Source: Eledone cirrhosa
Taxonomy: Eukaryota
DNA length: 64,000 bases
Direction of reading: 5' to 3'
Assembly: GCA_964016885.1 (NCBI GenBank)
Contig: OZ024742.1
Location: 114,142,001 to 114,206,000 of the forward strand
Shown here: one piece after another, positions 27,776 through 42,008 of the stretch
Layout: each line of letters starts with the position of its first letter
Numbering within the stretch: position 1 is the stretch's first letter
Notes under the pieces: generated by a model
The model's input: only the letters and a program-made list of their open reading frames with translations
The model's database searches: none
What the model was told of the DNA's origin: nothing
Translations under genes and position numbers: made by a program

Positions 27776-28481
27776 TAAATCATGTCCTTAGAATTATTAG
27801 ATGACATATATACCATTTCCTCTCCCAATTAGCATAATTATCCATATAAAAAAAATAATTAGACCAGGCTATAAGAATAAAGTCTCCTATGAAGAAATAT
27901 CTGATAAATAACCGAAATCCGCCTCTTCGCGGTGACACCGTTAGAGTATGTATCCAACATTTCAACAACATGTAGAAACTGACTAAATATACCGTCAACC
28001 ATATACAATTAGGTGTAAATTTAAACTTAGAAGAAACGTGTACATTACGTAATTCCATCTCTACCATGTTTTCGTCCATATTTTTAGATATCCTACTATT
28101 AAGGATGAACCTAGAGTAACAGACTCATCAGGAGAGAAACTCAGTCGGACAGTTAATTTTCCAAAGCGATCGCGCCAAATATAAATTAAAAAATGGCTAA
28201 GAATCGTGACGTGGCAGTGGTCAAGTTAGAAATAATGTGATTTGTTGCTTACGGCGAGTAGGCTGGTTGCTAGAAAGCGCAGCCCAATATAGCCCAATTG
28301 CATCTCAACCCAACGGGAGATTATTAAATATAAAGATTTACATATACATAAAGTCACAGATATATATGTGGCAAGCAGTCACGTTGTGGCTCAATGAAGA
28401 ATTAATAAATTAAATAATCAGAGCAATATATCATAAATCATGTCCTTAGAATTATTAGATAAAATATATACCATTTCCTCT

Positions 28482-28484
<3 letters not shown>
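27771..28484 (-). mobile_element. Retrozyme-like family C: 658 bp monomer with 56 bp terminal direct repeat
   Basis: TATCATAAATCATGTCCTTAGAATTATTAGAT...CCATTTCCTCTCCC at 27771-27826 and 28429-28484, with an internal HHR and (TA)n on both sides. Confidence 0.7.
28058..28135 (-). ncRNA. Hammerhead ribozyme, extended stem II (family C)
   Basis: Minus strand: TCTC CTGATGA GTCTGT...ATCCT..AGGAT...ATGGAC GAAA ACATGG TA GAGA. Confidence 0.75.
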
Positions 28485-28538
<54 letters not shown>

Positions 28539-28541
<3 letters not shown>

Positions 28542-28686
28542 CAGTGCATTACTGGGTCTTTACTTTATCAACGATTGAAGGCAAAGTAAACTTCAGCGCG
28601 ATTTGAAATCAGGACGTAAAGGCCCATAACTATATACTGCAAATCATTGTGTCCGACTGTCTACCGTTACCGCCATCCACCGCCCT
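28539..28686 (-). mobile_element. SINE copy 3 (diverged)
   Basis: TACCAGTGCATTACTGG...GAAGGCAAAGTAAAC...GATTTGAAATCAG matches the family. Confidence 0.7.
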
Positions 28687-28692
28687 CATATA

Positions 28693-29176
28693 TCTAAACT
28701 ATAATAAAGGAAGGGTTGCGGGACTGCTTACCGTTCATAATGTTTTATCCCATTAGTAAAATAAGTTGGATTACTTTGAATAAATAATGAATGAATATTG
28801 CATAATGTATGTACTAAATTCCGTGGCCCTTGATTAAATATATTTTGTTTATTTAAAGATTCACTTCTTTAACATTTCTGAGATGTCAACAGTTCCGGTT
28901 GCCCATCGCGTAAATAAACATACTAATTTCCTCCCACTAATTTTCTCCTAATGCAATTTATATATATTATCGTCTTTTTTAATGTATCATGGATTACGTT
29001 ACTGATTATATAAGAGAGTGTAACACAGTCTTCGTTCAATTTCTATGTATTATATATTGTTAATTACGATTTTATTTGATGTATCATATCTACATGTATA
29101 TATACCTATATATAATATCAATATACACACTACATATGTTAGCAGAAAGCCACCCGAAGGGAGGTTTTTCTGCTAG
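28693..29176 (+). mobile_element. Non-autonomous Helitron, complete
   Basis: A|TC start (TCTAAACTATAATAAAG); 3' hairpin AGCAGAAAGCC...GGTTTTTCTGCT overlapping CTAG|T; homologous copies at 37619-38153 and 38770-38898. Confidence 0.75.
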
Positions 29177-29535
29177 TATGTATAATGCGGACTTAACTGG
29201 CCAGATTTAATTAACAACAATAGTAACGTAGCATGATAGAGAATATAGCTTCATCGGAATAGATATATTTTCAAATCTGTTAAATACAATATTTAAATAG
29301 CTTTCCACCTCTTTTAGAAAGCTGGACATCACAACCGCTGAAGACAAATGCAGTATGAATAGAATTGAGCACACCACTCCTCTTCTGGCATACGCTACAT
29401 GACGCCGGCTGTCGGCTTTTCAATATTCATAGTTAATTAGGCTTTCCAAATAATTATGCGTAAACGTACTGCACATCTTTATATATATAAACTTCACATA
29501 CATATATGTATTCAGCAATGTTAAAGCGAAAACCT

Positions 29536-29553
29536 TAATTCTCTCTCTCTCTT

Positions 29554-29632
<79 letters not shown>

Positions 29633-29643
29633 CTCTCTCTCTC

Positions 29644-29696
<53 letters not shown>
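29536..29696. repeat. (CT)n/(TA)n compound microsatellite
   Basis: Direct reading; one of dozens of (TA)n, (CA)n and (CT)n tracts in the window. Confidence 0.9.
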
Positions 29697-29699
<3 letters not shown>

Positions 29700-29700
<1 letters not shown>

Positions 29701-30430
29701 TAATTAAAATAACATTAAATTTGAAGCAAAGAATCGCTGTTTTCACCCTTAACGGGATCTTTTGAAACTAAAAGAATTAATCTGTTAACGCAGGAGTAAT
29801 ATTTCGAAAAACATTGCCACCGATGGAAGACAGGAAGAGGATAATTTGGTTCGTCGAAACGTTCTTCCCTGGCAAAGAACGGAAAAAAACGAAGATAATA
29901 CATCATTATTTGGACCAGTGAAAACAATTACACGCAAAGACAAAACCACGTTTAGGGCTAGATCGTGTAACGGAAATAAAAGACCGTGTGACCTCTGCGC
30001 TGCTGAAGCCCTGGAGATACTATACGCCGATGACCACACCTTAAACAAAAATCTGAGTCAATTTCGGCTTGTAAACATAAATTGCACAACACTTTCCTGT
30101 ATTACAGCACCACTTTATACCCTAACGGATGGTACGAACTTTACGCGGATAATTTTCGTATTGATGTGGTGTCTAAGTATATTTTATATTTATAACATTA
30201 CTTATATGTATAGGTAAGTATATATTACCTGTATGTTTTGTGAAGGTACGTATACGTTTTCGTACGTATATTTGCTTGTATTTGTTATAGGCGTATATAT
30301 TATATTATATATACTGGTACAAGTGTATATTGTTATGTGTATACGTGAGTTTTGCGTTTGTGTGTGTATGCGGGTTTGCACGTATGTAGGGTGTGTGTAT
30401 ATGTGCACTTTGTGTTTTGTTGACGTTCGT
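29700..30430. repeat. Interspersed repeat related to 41220-41930 (probable PLE UTR/pLTR), in mixed orientation
   Basis: CCCTGGCAAAGAACGGAAAAAAACGAA and GCAAAGACAAAACCACG are shared in reverse orientation, and ACGTATGTAGGGTGTGTGTATATGTG is shared in forward orientation. Confidence 0.6.
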
Positions 30431-30610
30431 TTAAATGTTACTTTACATTGGTTCGTTTAAATGTTACTTTAAATTGGTTAGGCGTAGCTCCTATATATGA
30501 ATAAGTGGAGTCTTTAGTGCTAATTTTACATGTATAGAGTATGTTATTAATAAGACAATTTCCCTTTAATGGGCAATTTCTTTGGATTCTACAGTTTCAA
30601 CCATTCGTGA

Positions 30611-30997
30611 AATGTTCTTATTAATAACATAGTCTATAAATGTAAAATTAGCACTAAAGCCTCCAATTATTCATATATAGGAGCTACGTCTAACCAATTT
30701 AAAGTAACATTTAATACCCACAAACATAGTTTTAAAAATGCCGCATTTGCTAATACAAAATCCTTGGCTGAAACAATTAATAATTATAGAAAGAAGAATA
30801 TCGATTACAACCTGACCTGGAGCGTGCTCAAAAGGGCAACCCCTTATCAAAATAACAGATACGAGTGTAGGTTATGCACCCAGGAACATTTTGAAATCAT
30901 GAAATCTAAGGATATCCTATTAAATAAGCGACAGGAATTAATTATATCTTGCAATCATAGAATTAGAAGAACCTTCAAATATAATAAACCTACTTAA
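30611..30997 (+). pseudogene. Penelope-like GIY-YIG fragment with 5' inverted duplication (30458-30555); UTR runs to about 32010
   Basis: IVYKCKISTKASNYSYIGATSNQFK is in frame with ORF 30764-30997 (LTWSVL, CRLC). Confidence 0.8.
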
Positions 30998-31690
30998 TAT
31001 ACACCTTACTCTTATATTTGACATATTATTATAACTATTTTTTTTTAAAATTTAATTAACATATAATTAGTATTTTACTACAGATAACTTCATAATTTGA
31101 TTTCCCTCTTACAGCCCGGGTTTCCTAAAATTAATACCTAAAAGTATACCTATAACTTAATTTAATTTCAGGTTTTGAATCTAGATTCCTTGTAGTTTAT
31201 ATAAAATTGGTATTTCTCACATCTACCCTTATCCCAACATTTTACTTTCCTTCGTTTTTAACAACACTCTTTAATAACATCTAACTCTTATTTATGACAT
31301 TCATATGAATTGATATAAATTTATCCCTATAAGTATACCTATCATTTAATTTAATTTATTGTTATAGATCTAGATTCCTTGTGGTTTAAATAAGATTCAT
31401 ATTTCTCACTAATATCCTTAGCCTAAAATTATATTTTTTTCGTGTTTAACATTATTCTTTAATAACATCAAATGTCGTGTATCCTTCACTGGTTTGACCT
31501 TTTTTCATCCCCAAAGTATTCTTTTCATTCAAAACATAAGTCTGCACTCCTCTAACCCTAAATTAAATTTCTACTACCACTATTCTATCAACTTGACCTC
31601 TAACTACTTTTCTATTGGTCAATTCAAAACCTGCTCCCAAACAGACCTTTTATATTAAAACTTTGTTGTTGTTTTTTCAATAAACAAATC

Positions 31691-31826
31691 TCATCATTTC
31701 TGAAGACAGCATGTATATGTGAAGGTATGTATATTTCGTCTGATAATGTGTAATATGTTTACATAGATCTATATGATATACATACCAACACACATATACA
31801 TCCTAGAAACGATCGTAAAATGATGA
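31691..31826 (+). ncRNA. Hammerhead ribozyme with about 100-nt stem II
   Basis: 9-bp stem I TCATCATTT/AAATGATGA; CTGAAGA 31700-31706; stem II ATGTATATGTG..GGTATGTATAT/ATATACATACC..CACATATACAT; GAAA 31806-31809; palindromic ACGATCGT; triplet GTA. Confidence 0.85.
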
Positions 31827-32011
31827 TTTATTTTAATATAAGGAACTTGATCTTTGTTTTTATTTCATTCTTTTTATTAATTTATCTTGACCCTGTTTTC
31901 CTATGATCTTTATCGAACATTTTTGAATGCATCTTCTCTTTTCATGATACTTGGATTACATTGAGTTCTTCATACGGATTGTACACTACCGTATATTTTG
32001 GTAGATTTATC

Positions 32012-32064
<53 letters not shown>

Positions 32065-32115
32065 ATTAACTCAAATATGTAAAATTTGGCTTTGTATATT
32101 ATAAATCATAGATAT

Positions 32116-32170
32116 ACTGCTATATATATTTCTGTGACAGCAATCATTGTCTGTGACCTCTTCAGGCAGT
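32116..32170 (-). ncRNA. Hammerhead ribozyme in a ~220 bp (TA)n-flanked fragment
   Basis: Minus strand: ACTGC CTGAAGA G GTCACAG-ACAATGATTG-CTGTCAC A GAAA TATATA TA GCAGT. Confidence 0.75.
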
Positions 32171-32503
32171 TGGAATTGGTGTGGAAAAGGCAGGTACACA
32201 TGTTGTTGAAGTGTTTTACTCCCTCAATACATCGATATGTTCAGCTCCTGGTTGTGTTGTTATTCCAACATATACTCAATATATATATATATATGTGTGT
32301 GTGTATGTGTGTGTGTGTTCCGAATAGATTGTTTTGGTAAAAACAGGAGCTAGTTCTCAACATTCTCATTTGTTACTGCTGGACGCACGAGCAAAGAGGC
32401 GTGTTTTTTCAACAAAATCGAATTTCAGCTGAGGATACCGTTCTCATAATAACACCAAATGCATCCTGATTGCACACACACATACACACACATACACACA
32501 CAC

Positions 32504-32579
<76 letters not shown>

Positions 32580-32619
32580 TTCCTATAGCCTAAATACGAT
32601 TCTCGCTAATTTATATTTG

Positions 32620-32652
<33 letters not shown>

Positions 32653-33345
32653 CGAGAGAGAGTTAGATATAAATAGCTATTTACATAAACAGACATTTAA
32701 GAATACAACGTTATGCTAATATTTTCTTTTACGTTTGGGGAAAATGCCTAGGATGCGAATGATCTCAATATATTGACATGATGTTCAGAAAAAAAGAATT
32801 CCTTTAATCATATGCTGTAAATGATAATTCAACGGTTAGCTCTGCTAGAATCCGTAAGATTTGACATAACTTATTTGATACCTCTACGTCTTAAAATAAA
32901 AGAGAAAACTCATCAGATAATATGTTACTTATACGGTCTTTATCATTCATTTGTGCTTACGAACATACCCTAGTAAACTGATTACCTAAGTGTGTGTTAC
33001 AAAATAGGAAGAATATCCCTTAGAATTACATTAAAAATAACCATGCCTGTGAAATGTTAAGTTGTTTGTGCTTTAATTTCATGAAAACATTGTTTCGTAG
33101 CTGAAATAATTGGACACCTTATCGTTGAAATTTATGAAAATCCTTCCTACGTAGGTCTTGCAGCTTTATGCTAAGCGGAGAATATGTCGCATCATATTAT
33201 AATCTCAAAAGAATAAACGTTATTTTTGTTTATATATATATATATATATCGTTGAAATATTGACAACACACTAGAAACAAAACAGTACATAATGTTTATA
33301 TATTTAGACAACCCTTATATTTTATTTTCATTTCAATTTCATTTC

Positions 33346-33896
33346 AATAGAACTGCATTACGAAAATAATGTCTTTCAAACAATATCCGTATGGAAATTT
33401 AGAAGATTGACGGCCATTAATCCTGTATCAATTAAGTAATGTTTATTAGTACGTGATTAGCAAATTTGTCACACAGTATAGTGGAACACAGAACCATTAA
33501 GTGAAGAAGTAATATGAAGGAAATAACATGATTTTTCTACATTACTCTTTAAGTGGTATCATTAATGGATTAGAAATAGATGTAAGTAAATTTTCTGAAA
33601 TATTGCTTTTAACCCACAATCAGGATTTGACAGAACGCAAGATCCAAGTTGAATTAACAGCTGTCAGAGCAATCAATAAAACCGACAGCTAAGCACATTA
33701 CGTTACAGAGAATTGAATTGAAACTACTCAAAATATGTATATTGCAGTATGTTTTACAGAAACGGTTGCTGAAAGATTTATTTCCAATATATGGCATAGT
33801 TAGTCATCAATGCTAGAACAGTTACTTATTCTCAATCTTCTAAATTTCCATACGGATATTGTTTGAAAGACATTATTTTCGTAATGCAGTTCTATT
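33346..33896. repeat. 65-bp perfect inverted repeat (33346-33410 / 33832-33896)
   Basis: AATAGAACTGCATTACGAAAATAATGTCTTTCAAACAATATCCGTATGGAAATTTAGAAGATTGA and its reverse complement. Confidence 0.85.
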
Positions 33897-34154
33897 TGGA
33901 TTAATAAATATCGATTTTTGTTATTTCTATTCTTTTTTTCTGCTTGTAATTTTAACTTGTGAAAGTCCCTTAGTTACTTTCCAAACATTATATGAAACAT
34001 TTCACATCCTTTTTAGCACAACTTCCTCTTAATATAGAATTCTCTTCAGATAGTCAAATGAAGAGTTTCGATATATTATCTATAATTCCTCTATCGGAAT
34101 ATTTATGGCGCGCACTTACTAACACACAAAAACACGCATTCACGCACGCACAAC

Positions 34155-34212
<58 letters not shown>

Positions 34213-34228
34213 GACGTAAAATAAGAAA

Positions 34229-34269
<41 letters not shown>

Positions 34270-34275
<6 letters not shown>

Positions 34276-34790
34276 GACGTAAAATAAGAAAATTTAAAAA
34301 TTAACTTACTTACTAGAATTTCTCTATATTAATCTCCAAATTATTTGTTGAGCAAAACTTGCCGAAATTTACTGCTATGGTTCATGGTAGTAGTTAGGCT
34401 CTTGTCATAATGCCACCCCACTCCTCACTGATTAACCTCAGTGTCACGTGATTGATTCTTTAGAATTTGCCACTGACCAAGTAGGCAGTGAATTTTTTCA
34501 GTGCCCTGGAATCTAGTCCCCGCTAGCTTTTTTCCATCCACTGAATTATTATTGTTATATGGGTTCCTAGTGTCCGCGCATTGACTGGGAACTTAGCTGA
34601 GAATAGACTCCTAATGACGTAAGGAATTCTCTATAATTGCGTTGCTAACTATATTTATTCCCTTACAGAAACTAATTAGTTGGAGTGAAAAGTTAAGTAA
34701 GTTAATTTTAAAATGTTCTTATTTTACGTCTTTCATATAATTTTTCTGCATCCCCTTGCATAGAACCACAAAGGTACTAAGACATAACAT
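34270..34790. mobile_element. Retrozyme-like element with inverted ends (34270-34313 / 34694-34738) and a degenerate HHR at 34607-34686
   Basis: ACTC CTAATGA C GTAAGGAAT...ATTCCCTTAC A GAAA CTAATTAG TT GGAGT, with palindromic stem III and a G5 to A core change. Confidence 0.55.
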
Positions 34791-34874
34791 ATATATTTGC
34801 TAGCATGGGTATACATCTGTATACATAAGTTGGTAGATATACTAATTCTCTATAATTCTCTATAATTCTCTCTA

Positions 34875-34931
<57 letters not shown>

Positions 34932-35112
34932 GCATATATAACGAAGGAGGTGTGGTAAGGAACCAGATGGACAGTAACGCACCACAGCACTCAATACTTA
35001 GGGTAGTAGAGTGGGCAAAAGGAAAATGTTTAACACCGACGGAGTCAAGAAATAGCTGTCGAAACGACGACTTGAGCTCTGCCGTCGGGTTAAACATTTT
35101 CCTATATATATG

Positions 35113-35185
<73 letters not shown>

Positions 35186-37281
35186 ATGTGGGTGAGTGCG
35201 TGTGTGTGAGTGTGTAAGTGTGTTAATGTGTGTAAGTGTCTAATGATATGATAATATCAAGATAAAAGAGGGGTTAGGGTTATAGTCAGATCTAATATTT
35301 ATTTGATTCGTATATATGATATTACAACCAATGCAACCAACACTTTTGATAAATAAAAAAAAACTTACAGAAGTGCAATGTATACTTAGCTATAGGCACA
35401 TATGTTTAAAGGTGGCCTAATGAGATTCGTTTACATTAGTGTATTCACAAATATTAGACAGCGTTTGGAACTGAAGTACATGTATACAACGAACCTCAGG
35501 AGAGTCTCCCACAACACCATTCGATCATGATTCTCTCGCATGCTGGTGCTGTTAAATGTAAGATATAAGCTAAATGAGGACGTTGGATGTTTATTCAGGA
35601 AACAAATTGTGGAACATTCTTGTTTATTCTTTATGAAACCAACATTACACCGTAAAATATCAACCAGGTAGGGAAAATATATATATTACTTCACTAGAAG
35701 ATATGTTCAGCTAATATGACTATTAGTGTAAAATAAATCGCACCTCAACAAAGTGCTGTATGTTTTGTAACAATTACAAATCAAGAAAACTCCAGGATCC
35801 AGAATTACACGATTACACACATATTTTCAGGTATTCTAGTATTTTAAATATATTTTCTGTCTTCCGTGAATTACCTGACATCGGATTTATAGACAACACT
35901 GAAAAATAAAATGGATGATCCTACTATATTTTTTTTTCTTTGTGTTATGAATGTGAATGTCAAATATCATTTCGAGTTTGGCAATATTATTTTCAGTGAG
36001 CATTCAATATAATGCATGGGAACTTTTATGTATGTGTGTGAAAGTGAATTTTTTTTATATATATATTATTACAGAGGCAATCAAACGCTGTTTCTACAAT
36101 TGCAATGTAATGTAAATATTGCAGGTGTTAAATGTTGAATTAATTACCTCGCTGTCTTATTCAGCTTTAAGACAATTAAACTTATCACATTCTTCTGCTC
36201 TATTTGATTTGCCTTCCATGACACGCTATACGTTCGCGCCTCTAGAGGAAATTTACATTTGTCTTGTTCGTATTAATCTCACCTTTCATTATTCTGTTCG
36301 TATTACTGTCCCCTTTTATTATTCATATATTCGGTGACCGTAAATGTATGTGCCATTGGATTTCATCAAATAAATTTATGTTCAGTGAATAAAATGTACC
36401 GCCAACATCACAAAAATATACATTTTATACACTACAGCCATGACTCTATCCAATATAAAACCCTCTATGTAGTAAGGCAACACTTATCTAACACGCAAGC
36501 ATGCTTTTTGCGGGAATGATGTAAGAACGCGTTGGATAAAATAATCATTCGGATAGCTTACCTTAGAATAATGAAGAAACATCTAATCAGAGCTGAATCA
36601 CTTCTTCGAACATATATGAAAGCTTAATGTGACAAAACATGATAGATATAGCAAGCTACGTGATAGTTAGTGACCATTTTCATATGCTACATTAAACTAT
36701 AACAAATCATTAGATAATATATGGCGTAATATATTCGTGCGAGCCGAGACGGATTGGCTGAGGGAAGGAAATGATATTCGCTGGGAAGACTTGAATTTAA
36801 CGCTAGAAATTGGGGATTCCTATAGGTTTATCTAAGGATTAAGAAGTGAGGATATTAGAAAATGATAAACCGATGTTTATAACTGTCAACTCACAGATTT
36901 CTACTCAGTTTCTAGTCGGGTGGAAGAAAAGGGTAAAAGTCATTGTGTCGAGGTGAGGAGATTATATAACACTGATATCTCCATACAACGAGAGATGTTA
37001 AAAATATAAGACGATATCACTATGGTGTATGCTTTAATGAGTATACTATTAACAAATTATGACTTGTCTGATCAACATGTACGTTTACTAAACATGCGTT
37101 TTCAGGAAAAGAAATTATACAGTTCTGAAATTAAACTTGTTTATATCTTATAGGTTTAACTCAGAACTTCTTAATGAGGGCCAAGCCACCCATCCCCCTT
37201 CCCGGGAGAGTGAGGCGTTGAGAAGGTACGGGGAGGCACTGGGGCCTAAGTTGTATGGTAGACATGATATAATATTATAAT

Positions 37282-37470
37282 TCTTTCTACTATTGGCACA
37301 AGGCCAGAAATAACCCAGTACATTGCTGGTACTTTATCTTATCGACCCCGTAAGGATGAAAGGCAAAGTTAACCTCGGCGAGATTTGAACTCAGAATGGC
37401 AAGGGCCGTTACTCTCTGCGCCAAAGCATGGCGTCTGAGCCTCTACCGATACTGCCAATCCTCGGCCCTT
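37282..37470 (-). mobile_element. SINE copy 4, full length, with 18-bp TSD
   Basis: ATGATATAATATTATAAT at 37264-37281 and 37471-37488 flanks the SINE. Confidence 0.85.
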
Positions 37471-37494
37471 ATGATATAATATTATAATAATATC

Positions 37495-37529
<35 letters not shown>

Positions 37530-37618
37530 TAAAATAAAGAAAATAGTATTTATTTATACATAGTATATATTATATTATTTATTATATATAAATTAACGAT
37601 TGGAATTATTATATGTTA

Positions 37619-37656
37619 TTAGCAGAAAAACTACTAGCATGTGTGGTGATATTATA

Positions 37657-37743
<87 letters not shown>

Positions 37744-38153
37744 TATATACATGTAGATATGATACATCAATTAAAACCATAATTGACAATATATAATACA
37801 TAGAATTTGAACGAAGCCTGCGTTACACTGTGTTATTTAATCCGTAACGTAATCCATGATACGTTTAAAAAGACGATATTATATATAAACTGCATTAGGA
37901 GAAAATTAGTGACAGGAAATTAGTATGTTTATTTAAGCGATGGCCAACCGGAAGTGTTGACATTTCAGAAATTTAAAAGAAGTGAATCTTTAAGTAAACA
38001 TAATATATTTAATCAACAGCCTCCAAATTTAGTAGATAAATTATGTAATATTCATTCATTATTTATTCAAAGTAATCCAACTTATTTTACTAATGGGATA
38101 AAAAATTATAAACCGTTCGCACTCCCGCCCTCCTTAATGTATTATAGTTTAGA
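37619..38153 (-). mobile_element. Non-autonomous Helitron copy 2
   Basis: Reverse complement of 28693-29176; ends TTTTTCTGCTAA|T; internal (TA)n expansion. Confidence 0.65.
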
Positions 38154-38769
38154 TAAGTTTAAAAAAGAGACAGTTAATAAATAAATAAAGAGTTAATAAA
38201 TAAATAAACTTTATACTTGTTTAACCCTCCCATTTTCAATTAAACGAAACGCTATCATGACTGTATGTGTGTGTTTGTGTAAATGTATATGTATGAACGT
38301 ATGAACGTTTGTGTGAAAGTATGTGTGAATGTATGTATATTTGTGTGAAAGTATACCCACCCATCTCCAATTAAACCGAACGCTATCATGACTGTATGTG
38401 TGTGTTTGTGTAAATGTATGTATGTTTGTGTGAAAGTATATGTGTAAAAGTATGTGTGAATATATGTATATTTGTGTGGAAGTATGTGTATTTGTGTGAA
38501 TTATGTCCGAGAGAATGTATTTTTATAAGTTTGTGCTTGCGCGATTATAGTTACATATTCATACATATAGATGTATGTATGTGCACAATCATACGTGTCA
38601 GGTGTAGAAAATCATAATCTCTCTCATCACAAACTCTCTCTCTCTTTCTATATACATGGTAGTTAAAGTGGTGGTGGTGGTGGTGGTGGGGCTGACGATA
38701 TACCGGAAGTGCAACTTTGAAAAGAAGGCAATTTGAAATTATTTATTTTTACGAAATTATTTTTGTTTA

Positions 38770-38898
38770 CGAAATTTAGTAGATAAATTATGTATTATTC
38801 ATTCATTATATATTCAAAGTAATCCAACTTATTTTACAAACTGGATAAACAAAATTAACCTACGCTATCCCGCAGACTTTCCTTTATTATAGTTTAGA
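38770..38898 (-). mobile_element. Non-autonomous Helitron 5' fragment
   Basis: ATTCAAAGTAATCCAACTTATTTTAC...TTATTATAGTTTAGAT is shared with the other two copies. Confidence 0.6.
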
Positions 38899-39679
38899 TT
38901 TACAGATAATTATTTATTTTGTTTGTGTCAATACGTATATAAGTTCTTTACCTATTTTCTCCCACGCAATCGTGTTATGACATTGACATTCCCACCTGCC
39001 AGATTGTGTAAATATCAATGAGTAACACTTAGATCTATCGAGTTGCTACTGTTGTTTAATTAAAAGACAACACTGAATCAATACACTGTAACCACATTCC
39101 TTCACGCCGTGAATTTCCAACGTTCAAGGTCCACATAAGCACATATCCCTGCAGGTGTATTTGTATGACATCGATGTGCTTGAAAGAAAATTTCGCTGTT
39201 AATTCTATGAAATAAAAGACAATAGTATTGTTTGGAATGCCCCCGGTCTATGATATTGTCTTTTCTACAGTTTCGCCCTCGGGAGAACATGAACAATGTT
39301 ACAATGAGAGTTGACTTCTGCCATGTATAATTTAATCAACGTGTTTCTGTCAAGTTGTTATTATTTATTTCCAAGTCTTCTCCATCCAGCAACCATAAGA
39401 ATGCTAACCGAAACTTTTCCATGATTTTATCAGAAATTTCTTGTAGATACTTTATCAAACAATCATTAATGTTCACCATATCTGACGATATAATGTTACC
39501 GACTAAATAGAAGATAATGCCCGTGACTGGAAATGGCGATTAATAGAATATGCATGATACCTAATCTTATTATATAAACATACATATGTATTACCGCACA
39601 TACACGCGCAGGCAGTGCTATACTTTTATTTATAGTGAAATGAAAGTTAAACAAGGAAACACACGCACACACACATGTG

Positions 39680-39712
<33 letters not shown>

Positions 39713-39737
39713 TCATATATATAAATATATATATATA

Positions 39738-39813
<76 letters not shown>

Positions 39814-39818
39814 TATAT

Positions 39819-41093
<1,275 letters not shown>

Positions 41094-41927
41094 ATATATA
41101 TATATATATAGTATAATAATAAATTTGAAGACTAAAGTCCAAAGAGGGATCGATAAGGATAAATATATATCAAATAGATAAGAACCGTAGAGCAAATATT
41201 TATTAAAATAACTGATTGCAGGTTCGTACGTATGTAGGGTGTGTGTATATGTGTACTTCATGTTTTGGTTGACTTACGTCTCCGAACATTTATGTATTTA
41301 CATGTAGCTACGTGTGTGCGCTTGTTATATGCGTATTTATTTATTTATATACGTTTATTTAATTATTTATTTATTTGTATACACGCACGCACACACATAT
41401 TTATATGTGCGTGGTTTTGTATACCTATGGTAAGTGTTTTCGCGTGTGCTTGTGTATGTACGTATTTTTATGCGTGTATGTATTTATTTAATTTCTATTA
41501 CCTCTGTATTGCATTTATTTACTTTATTCTTAACTCTGAAGCGGAGATTCATTCGGTCTCCTAGTTAGAATTTTAGTCTACGACTTCTGCTGTACCATTT
41601 CCGTGGTTTTGTCTTTGCGTGCAATTGTTATCGACGCCCCACATATGACGTATTATCTTCGTTTTTTCGTTCATTGCCAGAGACCGTCTCTATGAACCAC
41701 CTAAGAGAACATTAGTCTACGACCTCTTTTATACCATAAACGTGGTTCTGTCTTTCGCGTAATTGTTTTTCACCACTCCTATTAATGTTCGTTTTTTTCC
41801 GTTCTTTGCCAGGGAACGTTTCCTCGAACCGAAGTATCGTCTTCCTGTCTTCCACCGGTAGCAACGTTTTTTGAAATATCCACTTCTGCGTTTACAGATT
41901 GATTCTTAAACTTTAATCTGTTATTTT

Positions 41928-42006
<79 letters not shown>

Positions 42007-42008
<2 letters not shown>

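Noticed and set aside
29826-29870. GGAAGA...GAAACGTTCTTCC hammerhead-like segment
   Set aside because: The core strand lacks CTGA and stem II is unconvincing.
39330-39345. Selenocysteine read-through of the in-frame TGA
   Set aside because: No SECIS or homology evidence; a simple stop is more likely.
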